A DNA stretch of 55,973 nt, taken from assembly GCA_016182185.1 (NCBI GenBank), contig JACOXU010000003.1, forward strand, positions 1 to 55,973, written 5' to 3'. Within the stretch, counting starts at the first letter, position 1; every line of letters begins with the position of its first letter. The position numbers and the translations under genes are program-made. Source of the DNA: Candidatus Levyibacteriota bacterium. Its GTDB lineage: Bacteria > Patescibacteriota > Microgenomatia > Levybacterales > UBA12049. Shown here piece by piece: positions 11,831-20,236 of this stretch. Below the pieces are notes generated by a model. It did not search any database. It was given only the letters and a program-made list of their open reading frames with translations, and had not been told where the DNA came from.

Positions 11831-12342
11831 TGGATATTAAGAATTTGCCGGTGGGGAAGAATCCGCCGGAGGAAATAAACGTATATATAGAAATACCGCA
11901 GGGTGTTTCGGTGAAATACGAGCTTGATAAAGACTCGGGTTTTATTTTTGTGGACAGATTTCTTTTTACGGAAATGAATTATCCGTTTAATTACGGATTT
12001 ATTCCAAATACTCTGGCTGATGACGGTGACCCGGTCGATGTTTTGGTATTAAGCAGCAAACCGGTCGTGCCGGGAGTGGTAATTGCCTGCAGGCCCATCG
12101 GAATGCTCGAGATGGAAGATGAGGCAGGAATTGATAACAAAATCGTCGCAGTGCCAATGCCCAAGGTCGACAATAAATTCAAAGATTATAATGACGTAAC
12201 TGACATTCCGCAAAAGACAAAAGATGATTTAAGATATTTTTTTGAAAACTATAAAAAAGGTGAGTCGGGTAAATGGGTAAAAATAAAAGAGTGGAAAGGC
12301 AAAAAAGAAGCTTTGGAAGATATAAAAAAAGCAATGAGATAA
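11830..12342 (+). CDS. ppa: inorganic pyrophosphatase (family I)
   Basis: Start set at ATG 11830 ([23 protein letters not shown]). Motifs [27 protein letters not shown]. Confidence 0.9.
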   Translation: MDIKNLPVGKNPPEEINVYIEIPQGVSVKYELDKDSGFIFVDRFLFTEMNYPFNYGFIPNTLADDGDPVDVLVLSSKPVVPGVVIACRPIGMLEMEDEAGIDNKIVAVPMPKVDNKFKDYNDVTDIPQKTKDDLRYFFENYKKGESGKWVKIKEWKGKKEALEDIKKAMR

Positions 12343-12428
12343 TTATTAGTAATTAGCCACTAGCGACTAGCAACTAGTGGTTTATTGTTTTACTAATGGC
12401 TAATTAACTAGTAGCTAGTTGCTGACTT
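12343..12428 (+). promoter_or_regulatory. structured CTAG-rich gyrA leader with interleaved inverted repeats
   Basis: taattagcca (12350..12359) pairs with tggctaatta (12397..12406). agcaactag (12369..12377) pairs with ctagttgct (12415..12423). There are three tandem ACTAGNN units and five CTAG tetramers. Confidence 0.45.
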
Positions 12429-14906
12429 ATGAGCGATATAGGAAAAGTTAATAAAACAGAAATTACCACAGAGATGAAGAGTGCGTATCTGGATTACGCG
12501 ATGTCTGTCATTGTCCAGCGCGCCCTTCCTGATGTCCGTGATGGACTCAAGCCAGTCCACCGAAGAATCCTTTATGCCATGCATGAGATGGGTCTCTCTC
12601 ATTCGGCAAAATATTCAAAGAGTGCGAAAATCGTCGGAGAAGTTATGGGTAAGTATCATCCCCACGGAGATATGCCTATATATGATGCCCTAGTGCGCTT
12701 GGCTCAGGATTTTTCCATGCGATACCCATTAATCGACGGGCAGGGAAACTTTGGTTCACTCGACGGAGATCCACCGGCTGCCATGCGTTATACCGAAGCA
12801 AGAATGGCTGCAATAACCTCTGAGATGCTTTTTGACTTAGATAAAGAGACAGTTGACTATCTGGATAATTTCGATGCCACACTTAAAGAACCTATTTTCC
12901 TGCCCGCCAAACTGCCAAATCTGCTTCTTATGGGAAGCGAAGGAATAGCAGTTGGAATGGCGACCAAAATTCCTCCGCATAATCTGGGTGAAGTCATTGA
13001 TGCAATTATTTTCATAATTGAGAAAGCTAAATTTGAACCAAAGGCAAACGGAGAACATACCTTAATTTCAGACATAGTTGTTGATGATCTTTTGGAATTT
13101 ATAAAAGGCCCAGATTTTCCCACCGCAGGTAACATTTATGATATTTCGGAAATAAAAAATGTCTACACAACAGGAAGAGGGAAAATTCTGATTCGGGGAA
13201 AAGCAGAGATTGAAGATATAGGACAGGGGAAATCAGCTATTATCATCACGGAACTACCTTATCAGGTCAACAAGGCTCTTCTTGTCTCACGCATCGCAGA
13301 ACTTGCAAAAGAGAAAAGAATTGAAGGAATTTCAGACCTTCGGGATGAATCAGACAGACACGGAATGAGAGTCGTAATAGAACTTAAGCGCGATGCAGCA
13401 CCCAGGAAAGTTCTAAATAATTTATTCAAACATACGAGCCTTCAGACTTCTTTCCCCGCAAATATTGTAGCGCTTGTCAATGGAACCCCTCAGACTTTAA
13501 ATCTTAAGACGATTCTTGAAGAATATCTAAAGCATAGGTTCCTAGTCGTAAAAAGACGCTCAGAGTACGAACTCAAGCAGGCAAAAGCAAGACTTCATAT
13601 CTTAGAGGGACTTAAAATTGCGGTTGAAAATATTGATGCAGTGATAAAAACGATAAGAGAATCCAAAGATCAGGAAGATGCCAAAAACAATTTAATTACA
13701 AGGTTTAAGCTGACAGAAATTCAGGCAACGGCAATTTTGGATATGCAGCTTCGCCGCCTTGCAGCGCTTGAGAGACAAAAAATTGAAGATGAATACATAA
13801 TGGTTAAAGAAACCATTGCATATCTTGAGGATCTTCTCGCAACTCCTAAAAAAATTTTGACGGTAATTAAAGAAGAATTAGTAAAAATCAAAGAAAAGTA
13901 TGCAGATCTAAGACGGACAAAAGTATTCAAGAGTAAAGTCGGTGAATTCTCAGATGAAGATCTTATACCGAACGAGTCCACTGTCATGACGCTTACGAAT
14001 ACTGGCTATATCAAACGTCAAAGTCTTACCAGCTTTAAGACTCAGCATAGAGGAGGTAAGGGAATAAAAGGTATGACTACCAAAGATGAAGATGTAATTG
14101 CTCACATAAGATTTGCCCAAACTCATGACAACCTGCTTTTTTTCACAAATAAAGGAAAAGTATACCAGCTAAGAGCTTATGAAATAAACGAATCTGCCAG
14201 AACCAGTAAGGGAACCGCAATTGTAAACCTTTTAAATATAGAAGCAGGCGAAAAAGTCGAGTCTTTTATAAATTATAAAAAAGATGAAAAAAATGTCTTT
14301 ATTTTTCTAACTACCCGAAAAGGCACCGTTAAAAAATCCAGGCTCACTGAATTTGAGAATATAAGGAAAAACGGAATTGTAGCCATAAAATTGGATCGCG
14401 GAGATGAGCTTGTTTGGAGCGAACTTACAGATGGAGAAAAAGACATTATTCTTGCAACCAGAAATGGAAAAGCTATAAGGTTTGATGGCAAAAATGTGAG
14501 GCCAACTGGAAGAAATACCATGGGAGTACGTGGAGTCAAATTGGACGGAGACGATGTCGTAATAGGTATGGATATTGTCTCCCAAAAAGGCGATGCAGAT
14601 CTTTTCACCATTATGGAAAACGGTCTTGGCAAAAAGACTTCCTGCAAACTCTTCAGGGGTCAAAAAAGAGGAGGAAAAGGAGTAAAAGTTGCAAAAGTCA
14701 CACCAAAAACAGGAAAAGTAGTTCTTGCACAAGTAATACCTCCAAATAGTGAAGAAATCATTATAACCTCTAAGAAGGGGCAGGTAGTAAAACTTGAGAT
14801 ATCTTCAATTCCAAGACTTTCCCGAGATACACAAGGTGTAATCCTTATGCGTTTCTCAAATCCAAATGATCACGTAGCATCAACAACATTTGTCGAAAAA
14901 GATTAA
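12429..14906 (+). CDS. gyrA: DNA gyrase subunit A
   Basis: 825 aa. Motifs [41 protein letters not shown] (catalytic Tyr context), and a C-terminal beta-pinwheel repeat region. Confidence 0.95.
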   Translation: MSDIGKVNKTEITTEMKSAYLDYAMSVIVQRALPDVRDGLKPVHRRILYAMHEMGLSHSAKYSKSAKIVGEVMGKYHPHGDMPIYDALVRLAQDFSMRYPLIDGQGNFGSLDGDPPAAMRYTEARMAAITSEMLFDLDKETVDYLDNFDATLKEPIFLPAKLPNLLLMGSEGIAVGMATKIPPHNLGEVIDAIIFIIEKAKFEPKANGEHTLISDIVVDDLLEFIKGPDFPTAGNIYDISEIKNVYTTGRGKILIRGKAEIEDIGQGKSAIIITELPYQVNKALLVSRIAELAKEKRIEGISDLRDESDRHGMRVVIELKRDAAPRKVLNNLFKHTSLQTSFPANIVALVNGTPQTLNLKTILEEYLKHRFLVVKRRSEYELKQAKARLHILEGLKIAVENIDAVIKTIRESKDQEDAKNNLITRFKLTEIQATAILDMQLRRLAALERQKIEDEYIMVKETIAYLEDLLATPKKILTVIKEELVKIKEKYADLRRTKVFKSKVGEFSDEDLIPNESTVMTLTNTGYIKRQSLTSFKTQHRGGKGIKGMTTKDEDVIAHIRFAQTHDNLLFFTNKGKVYQLRAYEINESARTSKGTAIVNLLNIEAGEKVESFINYKKDEKNVFIFLTTRKGTVKKSRLTEFENIRKNGIVAIKLDRGDELVWSELTDGEKDIILATRNGKAIRFDGKNVRPTGRNTMGVRGVKLDGDDVVIGMDIVSQKGDADLFTIMENGLGKKTSCKLFRGQKRGGKGVKVAKVTPKTGKVVLAQVIPPNSEEIIITSKKGQVVKLEISSIPRLSRDTQGVILMRFSNPNDHVASTTFVEKD

Positions 14907-14909
14907 TTA

Positions 14910-15746
14910 ATGAAAATAGATGGAAAAAAAATTGCTGCCGAAATCTTGGACGATCTTGGACAAGAAATTACAACGCTTAAAAAAAGAGAGATTGTTCCTC
15001 ATCTTCATATAATCACACTCACAACCGATGCAGCATCCGAAGCATATGTTTCTCAAAAAAAACTTAAAGGTACAGAAATTAGAGCAGAGATTATTGTCGA
15101 AAATTTAAACCCTAAAACAACTACATCAGAGCTTTTGCAAAAAATTAAACTTTTAAATAAAGATCTAAAAGTTCATGGAATTATCATACAAAGACCTATA
15201 CCTTCCCAAATATCAGAAACGGAAATTGCCAATTCTATTGATCCTCAAAAAGATGTCGACGGATTTCATCCTAACTCAGATTTTATGCCTCCGGTCGCAT
15301 TGGCTGTGTTAAGAATTCTGGAAGAAGTTTATAAAACTCAAGCTGAAAATTTTAATTTTACTGAAATTCTGAAGTCAAAAAAAATTACCGTGGTAGGTAG
15401 GGGAGTAACTGCGGGTAAACCAATCATAAGAACTTTACAAAAATTAGGGGCTCAACCGCTAATAGTAACGAGCAGAACGGAAAATAAACAAGAAATTTTA
15501 AAAAATTCAGATATTATAATAAGTGCCGTCGGAAAACCAAATATTATTAGAGGAGAAAATCTTAAAAACGGAGTAATTTTAATTGGAGTCGGTATGTTTA
15601 AAGATGAAAACGGGAAGTTCAGGAGCGACTATAACGAAGAAGAAATAAAAGATATAGCTTCTTTTTATACCGCTACTCCCGGCGGTGTGGGTCCGATCAA
15701 CGTCGCAATGCTCCTCTCAAACCTGGTAAAATCCGCCGAAAATTAA
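14910..15746 (+). CDS. folD: bifunctional methylenetetrahydrofolate dehydrogenase/cyclohydrolase
   Basis: 278 aa. Motifs YVSQKKLKG, DVDGFHP, VVGRGVTAGKP, TPGGVGP. Confidence 0.9.
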   Translation: MKIDGKKIAAEILDDLGQEITTLKKREIVPHLHIITLTTDAASEAYVSQKKLKGTEIRAEIIVENLNPKTTTSELLQKIKLLNKDLKVHGIIIQRPIPSQISETEIANSIDPQKDVDGFHPNSDFMPPVALAVLRILEEVYKTQAENFNFTEILKSKKITVVGRGVTAGKPIIRTLQKLGAQPLIVTSRTENKQEILKNSDIIISAVGKPNIIRGENLKNGVILIGVGMFKDENGKFRSDYNEEEIKDIASFYTATPGGVGPINVAMLLSNLVKSAEN

Positions 15747-15748
15747 TA

Positions 15749-15777
15749 TTGACATAACAATAATCTAACGATAGAAT
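15749..15777 (+). promoter_or_regulatory. near-consensus sigma70 promoter, leaderless geometry
   Basis: TTGACA 15749..15754, 17-nt spacer, TAGAAT 15772..15777, then 7 nt to ATG 15785. Confidence 0.5.
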
Positions 15778-15784
15778 AGCTCAA

Positions 15785-16120
15785 ATGACAACCGAGATTG
15801 AACAGAAAATCCAAGTACGTGGGATTCATTTTGAAAACCCTCTAAGAAAAAATGTTATCAAGGCAACAGCAACAATAACAGTTAGTAGGAAAAGATTTGG
15901 ATTAATTCAGTCAAGAATGGGTGTTATTACCGCAAGTAGTGGAGAACCTGGTGAAGATCTTAGAAAACTATTTTTGTTGGGACTTAATGTGGCAAATATC
16001 CTGATGCCTAGTCTTGTACATCATGTTCTGAAAGAAACCTTAACTCCAAGGCAATACCAGAGAGCGCTAAGGGCAAATCAGGAAGGAAAAATCTTAAAAT
16101 TTGCTAGGGCTAGAAAATAA
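15785..16120 (+). CDS. hypothetical protein
   Basis: 111-aa ORF with its own promoter-like element. No recognisable motif. Confidence 0.45.
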   Translation: MTTEIEQKIQVRGIHFENPLRKNVIKATATITVSRKRFGLIQSRMGVITASSGEPGEDLRKLFLLGLNVANILMPSLVHHVLKETLTPRQYQRALRANQEGKILKFARARK

Positions 16121-16164
16121 ATTCGACAAGTTGACATGATTTGAAAATTCTGTTAAAGTTTAAT

Positions 16165-16194
16165 CCCAGAACCCAAAAGGTCCTGGGTTTTTTT
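16165..16194 (+). terminator. intrinsic-terminator-like hairpin plus T7 run
   Basis: cccagaacc / ggtcctggg stem (9 positions, one A.C mismatch), 5-nt loop caaaa, then ttttttt (16188..16194), immediately before ATG 16195. Confidence 0.55.
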
Positions 16195-16596
16195 ATGAGA
16201 AACCAAGCAGAGAAAGAAAAACGCAATTCAGCTCCTACTCAAACTTCGCAACGTGACTTGATTAGCAACAACAATGTAGAAAACGTATTACAAGATCTCA
16301 ATAAGACTACCATTCTTAATGCCGGACAGGTGTATTTAAACGGGAAAAACTCGATCTGGATTGTTGAACATCATTATTTTAGCTCTAACTGTGAAGGAAA
16401 AGTCTATTTTGTTGCTCAAATTGAAAACGGGAATGTATTTAAAAACGTTGGTAATGATTGTACTAAATGCCCTGGATCAATGCCCAGATTAAATATTTCA
16501 ATTACAAAAGCAGAGTTAGAGCGAAAAATTGAAGAAGATGCATTTAAGGAACGCAAGCTTCACGAACTGAGATCTCAAGCCAATGGATCTAAATAA
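16195..16596 (+). CDS. hypothetical protein (Cys-containing, possible CxxC)
   Basis: The ORF-track TTG start at 16141 lies inside a promoter/terminator region. The first ATG is 16195 (MRNQAEKEK...). Contains NCEGK...DCTKCPG. Confidence 0.45.
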   Translation: MRNQAEKEKRNSAPTQTSQRDLISNNNVENVLQDLNKTTILNAGQVYLNGKNSIWIVEHHYFSSNCEGKVYFVAQIENGNVFKNVGNDCTKCPGSMPRLNISITKAELERKIEEDAFKERKLHELRSQANGSK

Positions 16597-16611
16597 TTTT
16601 TTTAGATAGTA

Positions 16612-16639
16612 TTGACATAAAATAAATAAAACTTATACT
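16612..16639 (+). promoter_or_regulatory. candidate sigma70 promoter
   Basis: TTGACA 16612..16617, 16-nt spacer, TATACT 16634..16639, then 14 nt to ATG 16654. Confidence 0.45.
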
Positions 16640-16653
16640 ATTAATAGATACCT

Positions 16654-17400
16654 ATGAAAGAGCAGAATGGAGCATTAGTCGCGGTAATCATCTTCTTCAT
16701 TGGGCTTTTTATTTACACCAAACTTGCCGGGCCGATTCCTTTTTTTGTCAATAGTGTTCAGACTAGTAAAGCCAGTTTTTTCCAGGCAGATGGCACAGGT
16801 AAAGCAGCAGCTGCCCCTGATATTGCGAAAGTTTCTTTTGGTGTGACCAAAAATGCCACAACAGTAGCTGATGCACAAAATCAAGTAAATTCAAATATTG
16901 AGAATATTTTAAAATCCCTAAAAGACCTCTCAATTGAAGAAGAAGATATAAAAACAACTAATTATTCTGTTTACCCCAACTATAATTTTAACGAAACCCG
17001 CCAGCAAATCTCAGGTTATACAGTTACACAGAATATCGATGTTGAAATTAAAAAAATTGATAAAGTAAATAACGCAGTCGATGCCATAACCAGCAATGGA
17101 GGCAATCTTGTCGGACAAATTACCTTTGATTTTGACAAAGAAACCCGAAGGAAACTTGAAGATCAGGCCCGAAAAGAAGCAGTTGAAACTGCTAAGGAAA
17201 AAGCCCAGAGCCTGGCCAGAGCCTCTGGAATTCGCTTGGGCAAGATTATAAATGTAGAAGAAAACACAAATATCAGGCCCATGCCTATTTATGCGGACAC
17301 TGTCGGCAGAGTAGGGGCGCCTGCTGAGAAAGCAACCGAAATCACGCCCGGACAATCTTCAATTCAGATAACCGTAATATTATCCTACGAAATCCGGTAA
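16654..17400 (+). CDS. SIMPL/DUF541-domain periplasmic protein (BP26-like)
   Basis: 248 aa. N-terminal TM/signal anchor, then the pattern YSVYPNY...ISGYTVTQNIDVEIKKIDKV...AKEKAQSLA...LGKII typical of SIMPL-domain proteins. Confidence 0.65.
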   Translation: MKEQNGALVAVIIFFIGLFIYTKLAGPIPFFVNSVQTSKASFFQADGTGKAAAAPDIAKVSFGVTKNATTVADAQNQVNSNIENILKSLKDLSIEEEDIKTTNYSVYPNYNFNETRQQISGYTVTQNIDVEIKKIDKVNNAVDAITSNGGNLVGQITFDFDKETRRKLEDQARKEAVETAKEKAQSLARASGIRLGKIINVEENTNIRPMPIYADTVGRVGAPAEKATEITPGQSSIQITVILSYEIR

Positions 17401-17556
17401 TTGACTTATATAAAAGGGCATCTTAGAGAAACTCAAGATTTTGTTCACGCAAAATTACTGACAGTTGATGATGGAAAGGTATTATTTGGATCACATAATT
17501 TGACGATATCCGGAGTAAATACGGACACGCAGGAAATAGTTTTTTTCAAGCAGTAA
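17401..17556 (+). pseudogene. C-terminal remnant of a phospholipase-D/HKD-family gene (cardiolipin-synthase-like)
   Basis: In-frame translation LTYIKGHLRETQDFVHAKLLTVDDGKVLFGSHNLTISGVNTDTQEIVFFKQ* contains a complete HxK(x4)D(x6)GSxN motif. There is no ATG and no upstream domain. It starts right after the SIMPL gene stop. Confidence 0.6.
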
Positions 17557-17558
17557 AT

Positions 17559-18488
17559 TTACTTATTTCCGCTGTGGAATTTTTCGTGGATATTTTTAAG
17601 CTGGGGGTTTGTAATATGTGTATAAATTTGGGTTGTAGAGATATTTTTATGTCCCAACATTTCTTGTACCGATCTTATGTCGGCTCCATTGAAAAGAAGG
17701 TCGGTGGCAAAGGAATGACGAAGTGTATGAACTGTCGCATCAACTGGAAGTCGGGCTGCTTTTACATATTTTTTGACAATCCTTTCAATGCTTCTTGAAG
17801 TAAGTCTCATTTTCTCTCCTCGATTTTCAGGGGTTTCCCGACCCGAATAACGGCGGAAAAGAGGTGCAAAATTATCTTTTCTTTCACTCAAATACTTTTT
17901 TATCCATTCGGCCGCACGGTCCGAGATAAATACCAATCTGGATTTTCCGCCTTTTCCGATTACTCCAAATTCTCTGCGTTCTACATTTATTTTTTCCCGG
18001 TTTAAAGACACGAGCTCTGAAACACGAAGACCGGTAGAGAAGAGAAGTTCCAAAATCGCCCTGTCTCTCACTCCTTCTTCTTTTGAGGTATCGATTGAAA
18101 TTATAAGCCTGTCAACTTGATCTTTATCCAAAAACTTCAACGATCTGCTTTCTGTCTTGGGAAGATCGATCTTTGAAGGCTCTAGGGTCTTGTGGTCGTT
18201 CTTAATCAGATAGCGAAGAAATGACCGAAGTGCAATTACATAATAATTTTGAGTAACTCTTTTTAAAGTCATTCCCTTATCATCGGCTCTATTTGAAAGA
18301 AAAACTCTATACTTTCTTACAATTGATAAATCTAAATTTTCTATGGATTTATCAGGCAGGGCAGAGGAGAACCACTGGTTAAAGACATCAAGATAGTGCC
18401 TGTAATCTCTTATCGTAAGCTTTGAGCAGTTCCTTTCAACCTCAAGATATTCTAAAAACTCGTCTATAAGTTCGGGCAAATGTTTCAT
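17559..18488 (-). CDS. tyrosine site-specific recombinase, XerC/XerD-like
   Basis: Catalytic set present: GLRVSEL (Arg), HTLRHSFAT (HxxR), LGHKNISTTQIYTH (His, Tyr). The ORF track extends to 18656, but ATG 18488 (MKHLPELIDEFLEYLEVERN) is preceded by a good promoter. The extra 56 codons look non-coding. Confidence 0.8.
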   Translation of the reverse strand: MKHLPELIDEFLEYLEVERNCSKLTIRDYRHYLDVFNQWFSSALPDKSIENLDLSIVRKYRVFLSNRADDKGMTLKRVTQNYYVIALRSFLRYLIKNDHKTLEPSKIDLPKTESRSLKFLDKDQVDRLIISIDTSKEEGVRDRAILELLFSTGLRVSELVSLNREKINVERREFGVIGKGGKSRLVFISDRAAEWIKKYLSERKDNFAPLFRRYSGRETPENRGEKMRLTSRSIERIVKKYVKAARLPVDATVHTLRHSFATDLLFNGADIRSVQEMLGHKNISTTQIYTHITNPQLKNIHEKFHSGNK

Positions 18489-18499
18489 AAGACATTTAA

Positions 18500-18528
18500 A
18501 GTATACTCGTTTATTTTGCGACGTGCAA
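18500..18528 (-). promoter_or_regulatory. candidate promoter of the xer-like gene
   Basis: On the minus strand: TTGCAC (18528..18523), 17-nt spacer, TATACT (18505..18500), then 11 nt to ATG 18488. Confidence 0.45.
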
Positions 18529-18690
18529 ATGTCGTAAAAATAAACGAAATTATGCGACACGCGTGTCTGCACAATGGGCTCAAATTTTCCGACATGCATA
18601 TTGGAAAATTTTTCTTCTGCGACATACTCGGTTATTTCCTGAAGTAAACTTGACAATCAAAGCCAAAACAACTCATACTAAATATATAGT

Positions 18691-20202
18691 ATGCGGGAAG
18701 AATATATCAAACTAATTAAGGAGTACATTAAACTTAAACCGGAGTACAGACACACACTTGATGAGATAAAGGCAAATGTTTTGAGCGTAGGGGCAACAGA
18801 GACAGAATTTGAACAGGCAATTAAAGAAATAACAGGGTTACCAACTCCATCAATTGTTTTAATTCAAACTATAAAGCCGCAAATTCAAGCAATAAAAAAA
18901 GAAAAATATTATAAGGAAATACATGATAAAGCCTCTGGCTTCTTAAAAAATTTAAACGGGCGCTTTAAAAGGAACAAACGGTGGTTTGCCGCAAGCTTCC
19001 TTTCAGCAGTTGTTGCAACTTCTTTTTCATTTGTAAATTTTAAGCTGCCGCCGCAGACCTCTAATAATATAGTCCAGGTTTCAAGAAAAATAATTGAAAA
19101 TAAAACTAAATTTCCAATTGTTTACGCAAATTCTATGCCAATAGATGCAGAAAAAACATTTTCCTTCAAACCTGTTAACGACATAAGGCTCACAGTTACC
19201 AATAAGCCAAGAAGGGAAGTGCTAGGTTTTTTCCCCTACTGGATGCTTCCAATTGAGGAAAAAATCAGCCTTGATACGCTTACCACGATAAGTCTTTTTG
19301 CTATTGAGATAGATGGAACGGGAAATATCGTTACTCAAAATTCTGAAGGGAAGCTCGATGGGGGATGGACTATGTGGCAGAGTCCTGAATTAAATACCCT
19401 TATAAAAAGAGCCAAGAACCAAAATATAAAGATATACTTAACATTGAAATCATTTAGTAATGAAAACATTGTAAATCTTGCTTTAAATGACGAATCGCAA
19501 AAAAGTTTTATTTCAAACGCTTTGTATCTCGTGAATTCCAAAAATCTTGATGGAGTAAATATTGATTTTGAATATACAGGAGAAGTAAATCTTGAAATTA
19601 AGAAAGGCTTCACCAGGCTAATTACAAACCTAAATTCTGAACTCAAAAGACAAATTCCAGAATCAGTTCTAACTATAGATACCTTTCTCGTTTCAGGATC
19701 AGAAAATGGTATCTTTGACATCCAAGCTCTATCAAGGGAAAGTGATGCGTTTGTGATTATGGGATATGATATGCATACGCCGCTTGGTGATCCCGGGCCG
19801 GTCTCCGCCATGGGAGGCACTACAAATATAGTAGGGTATGTGCAAGGGTACCTTGAGAAAGCACCTCCTGAAAAGATAATTTTGGCGGTTCCTTATTATG
19901 GCTATGACTGGCCGGCCGATTCAAATGCAGAACAAAGGGTAAAAATTCTACCATTTGCCGAAATCCTAGAGCTGAGTCAAGATTTTAAGCTTGCCTGGGA
20001 TGAAACTTCACAAACTCCACACTTTAACTACACCGAAGATGGAATAAAACGAGTAGTCCATTTTGATAATGTACGCTCTCTTGGAATCAAATATGATTTT
20101 ATTAACAAAAAGGATTTAAGAGGTGTTGGGATCTGGGCATTGGGCTATGACGGCTTAAATTCGGACTTGCAGAAGTTAATTCTGGACAAATTCTCTGATT
20201 GA
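18691..20202 (+). CDS. glycoside hydrolase family 18 protein (chitinase/YaaH-like), membrane-anchored
   Basis: 503 aa. Has an internal TM segment (WFAASFLSAVVATSFSFVNF) and the GH18 catalytic signature LDGVNIDFEY. Confidence 0.7.
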   Translation: MREEYIKLIKEYIKLKPEYRHTLDEIKANVLSVGATETEFEQAIKEITGLPTPSIVLIQTIKPQIQAIKKEKYYKEIHDKASGFLKNLNGRFKRNKRWFAASFLSAVVATSFSFVNFKLPPQTSNNIVQVSRKIIENKTKFPIVYANSMPIDAEKTFSFKPVNDIRLTVTNKPRREVLGFFPYWMLPIEEKISLDTLTTISLFAIEIDGTGNIVTQNSEGKLDGGWTMWQSPELNTLIKRAKNQNIKIYLTLKSFSNENIVNLALNDESQKSFISNALYLVNSKNLDGVNIDFEYTGEVNLEIKKGFTRLITNLNSELKRQIPESVLTIDTFLVSGSENGIFDIQALSRESDAFVIMGYDMHTPLGDPGPVSAMGGTTNIVGYVQGYLEKAPPEKIILAVPYYGYDWPADSNAEQRVKILPFAEILELSQDFKLAWDETSQTPHFNYTEDGIKRVVHFDNVRSLGIKYDFINKKDLRGVGIWALGYDGLNSDLQKLILDKFSD

Positions 20203-20236
20203 TACAGGAACTTCATCTTCATCGAAGCAAAATAAA

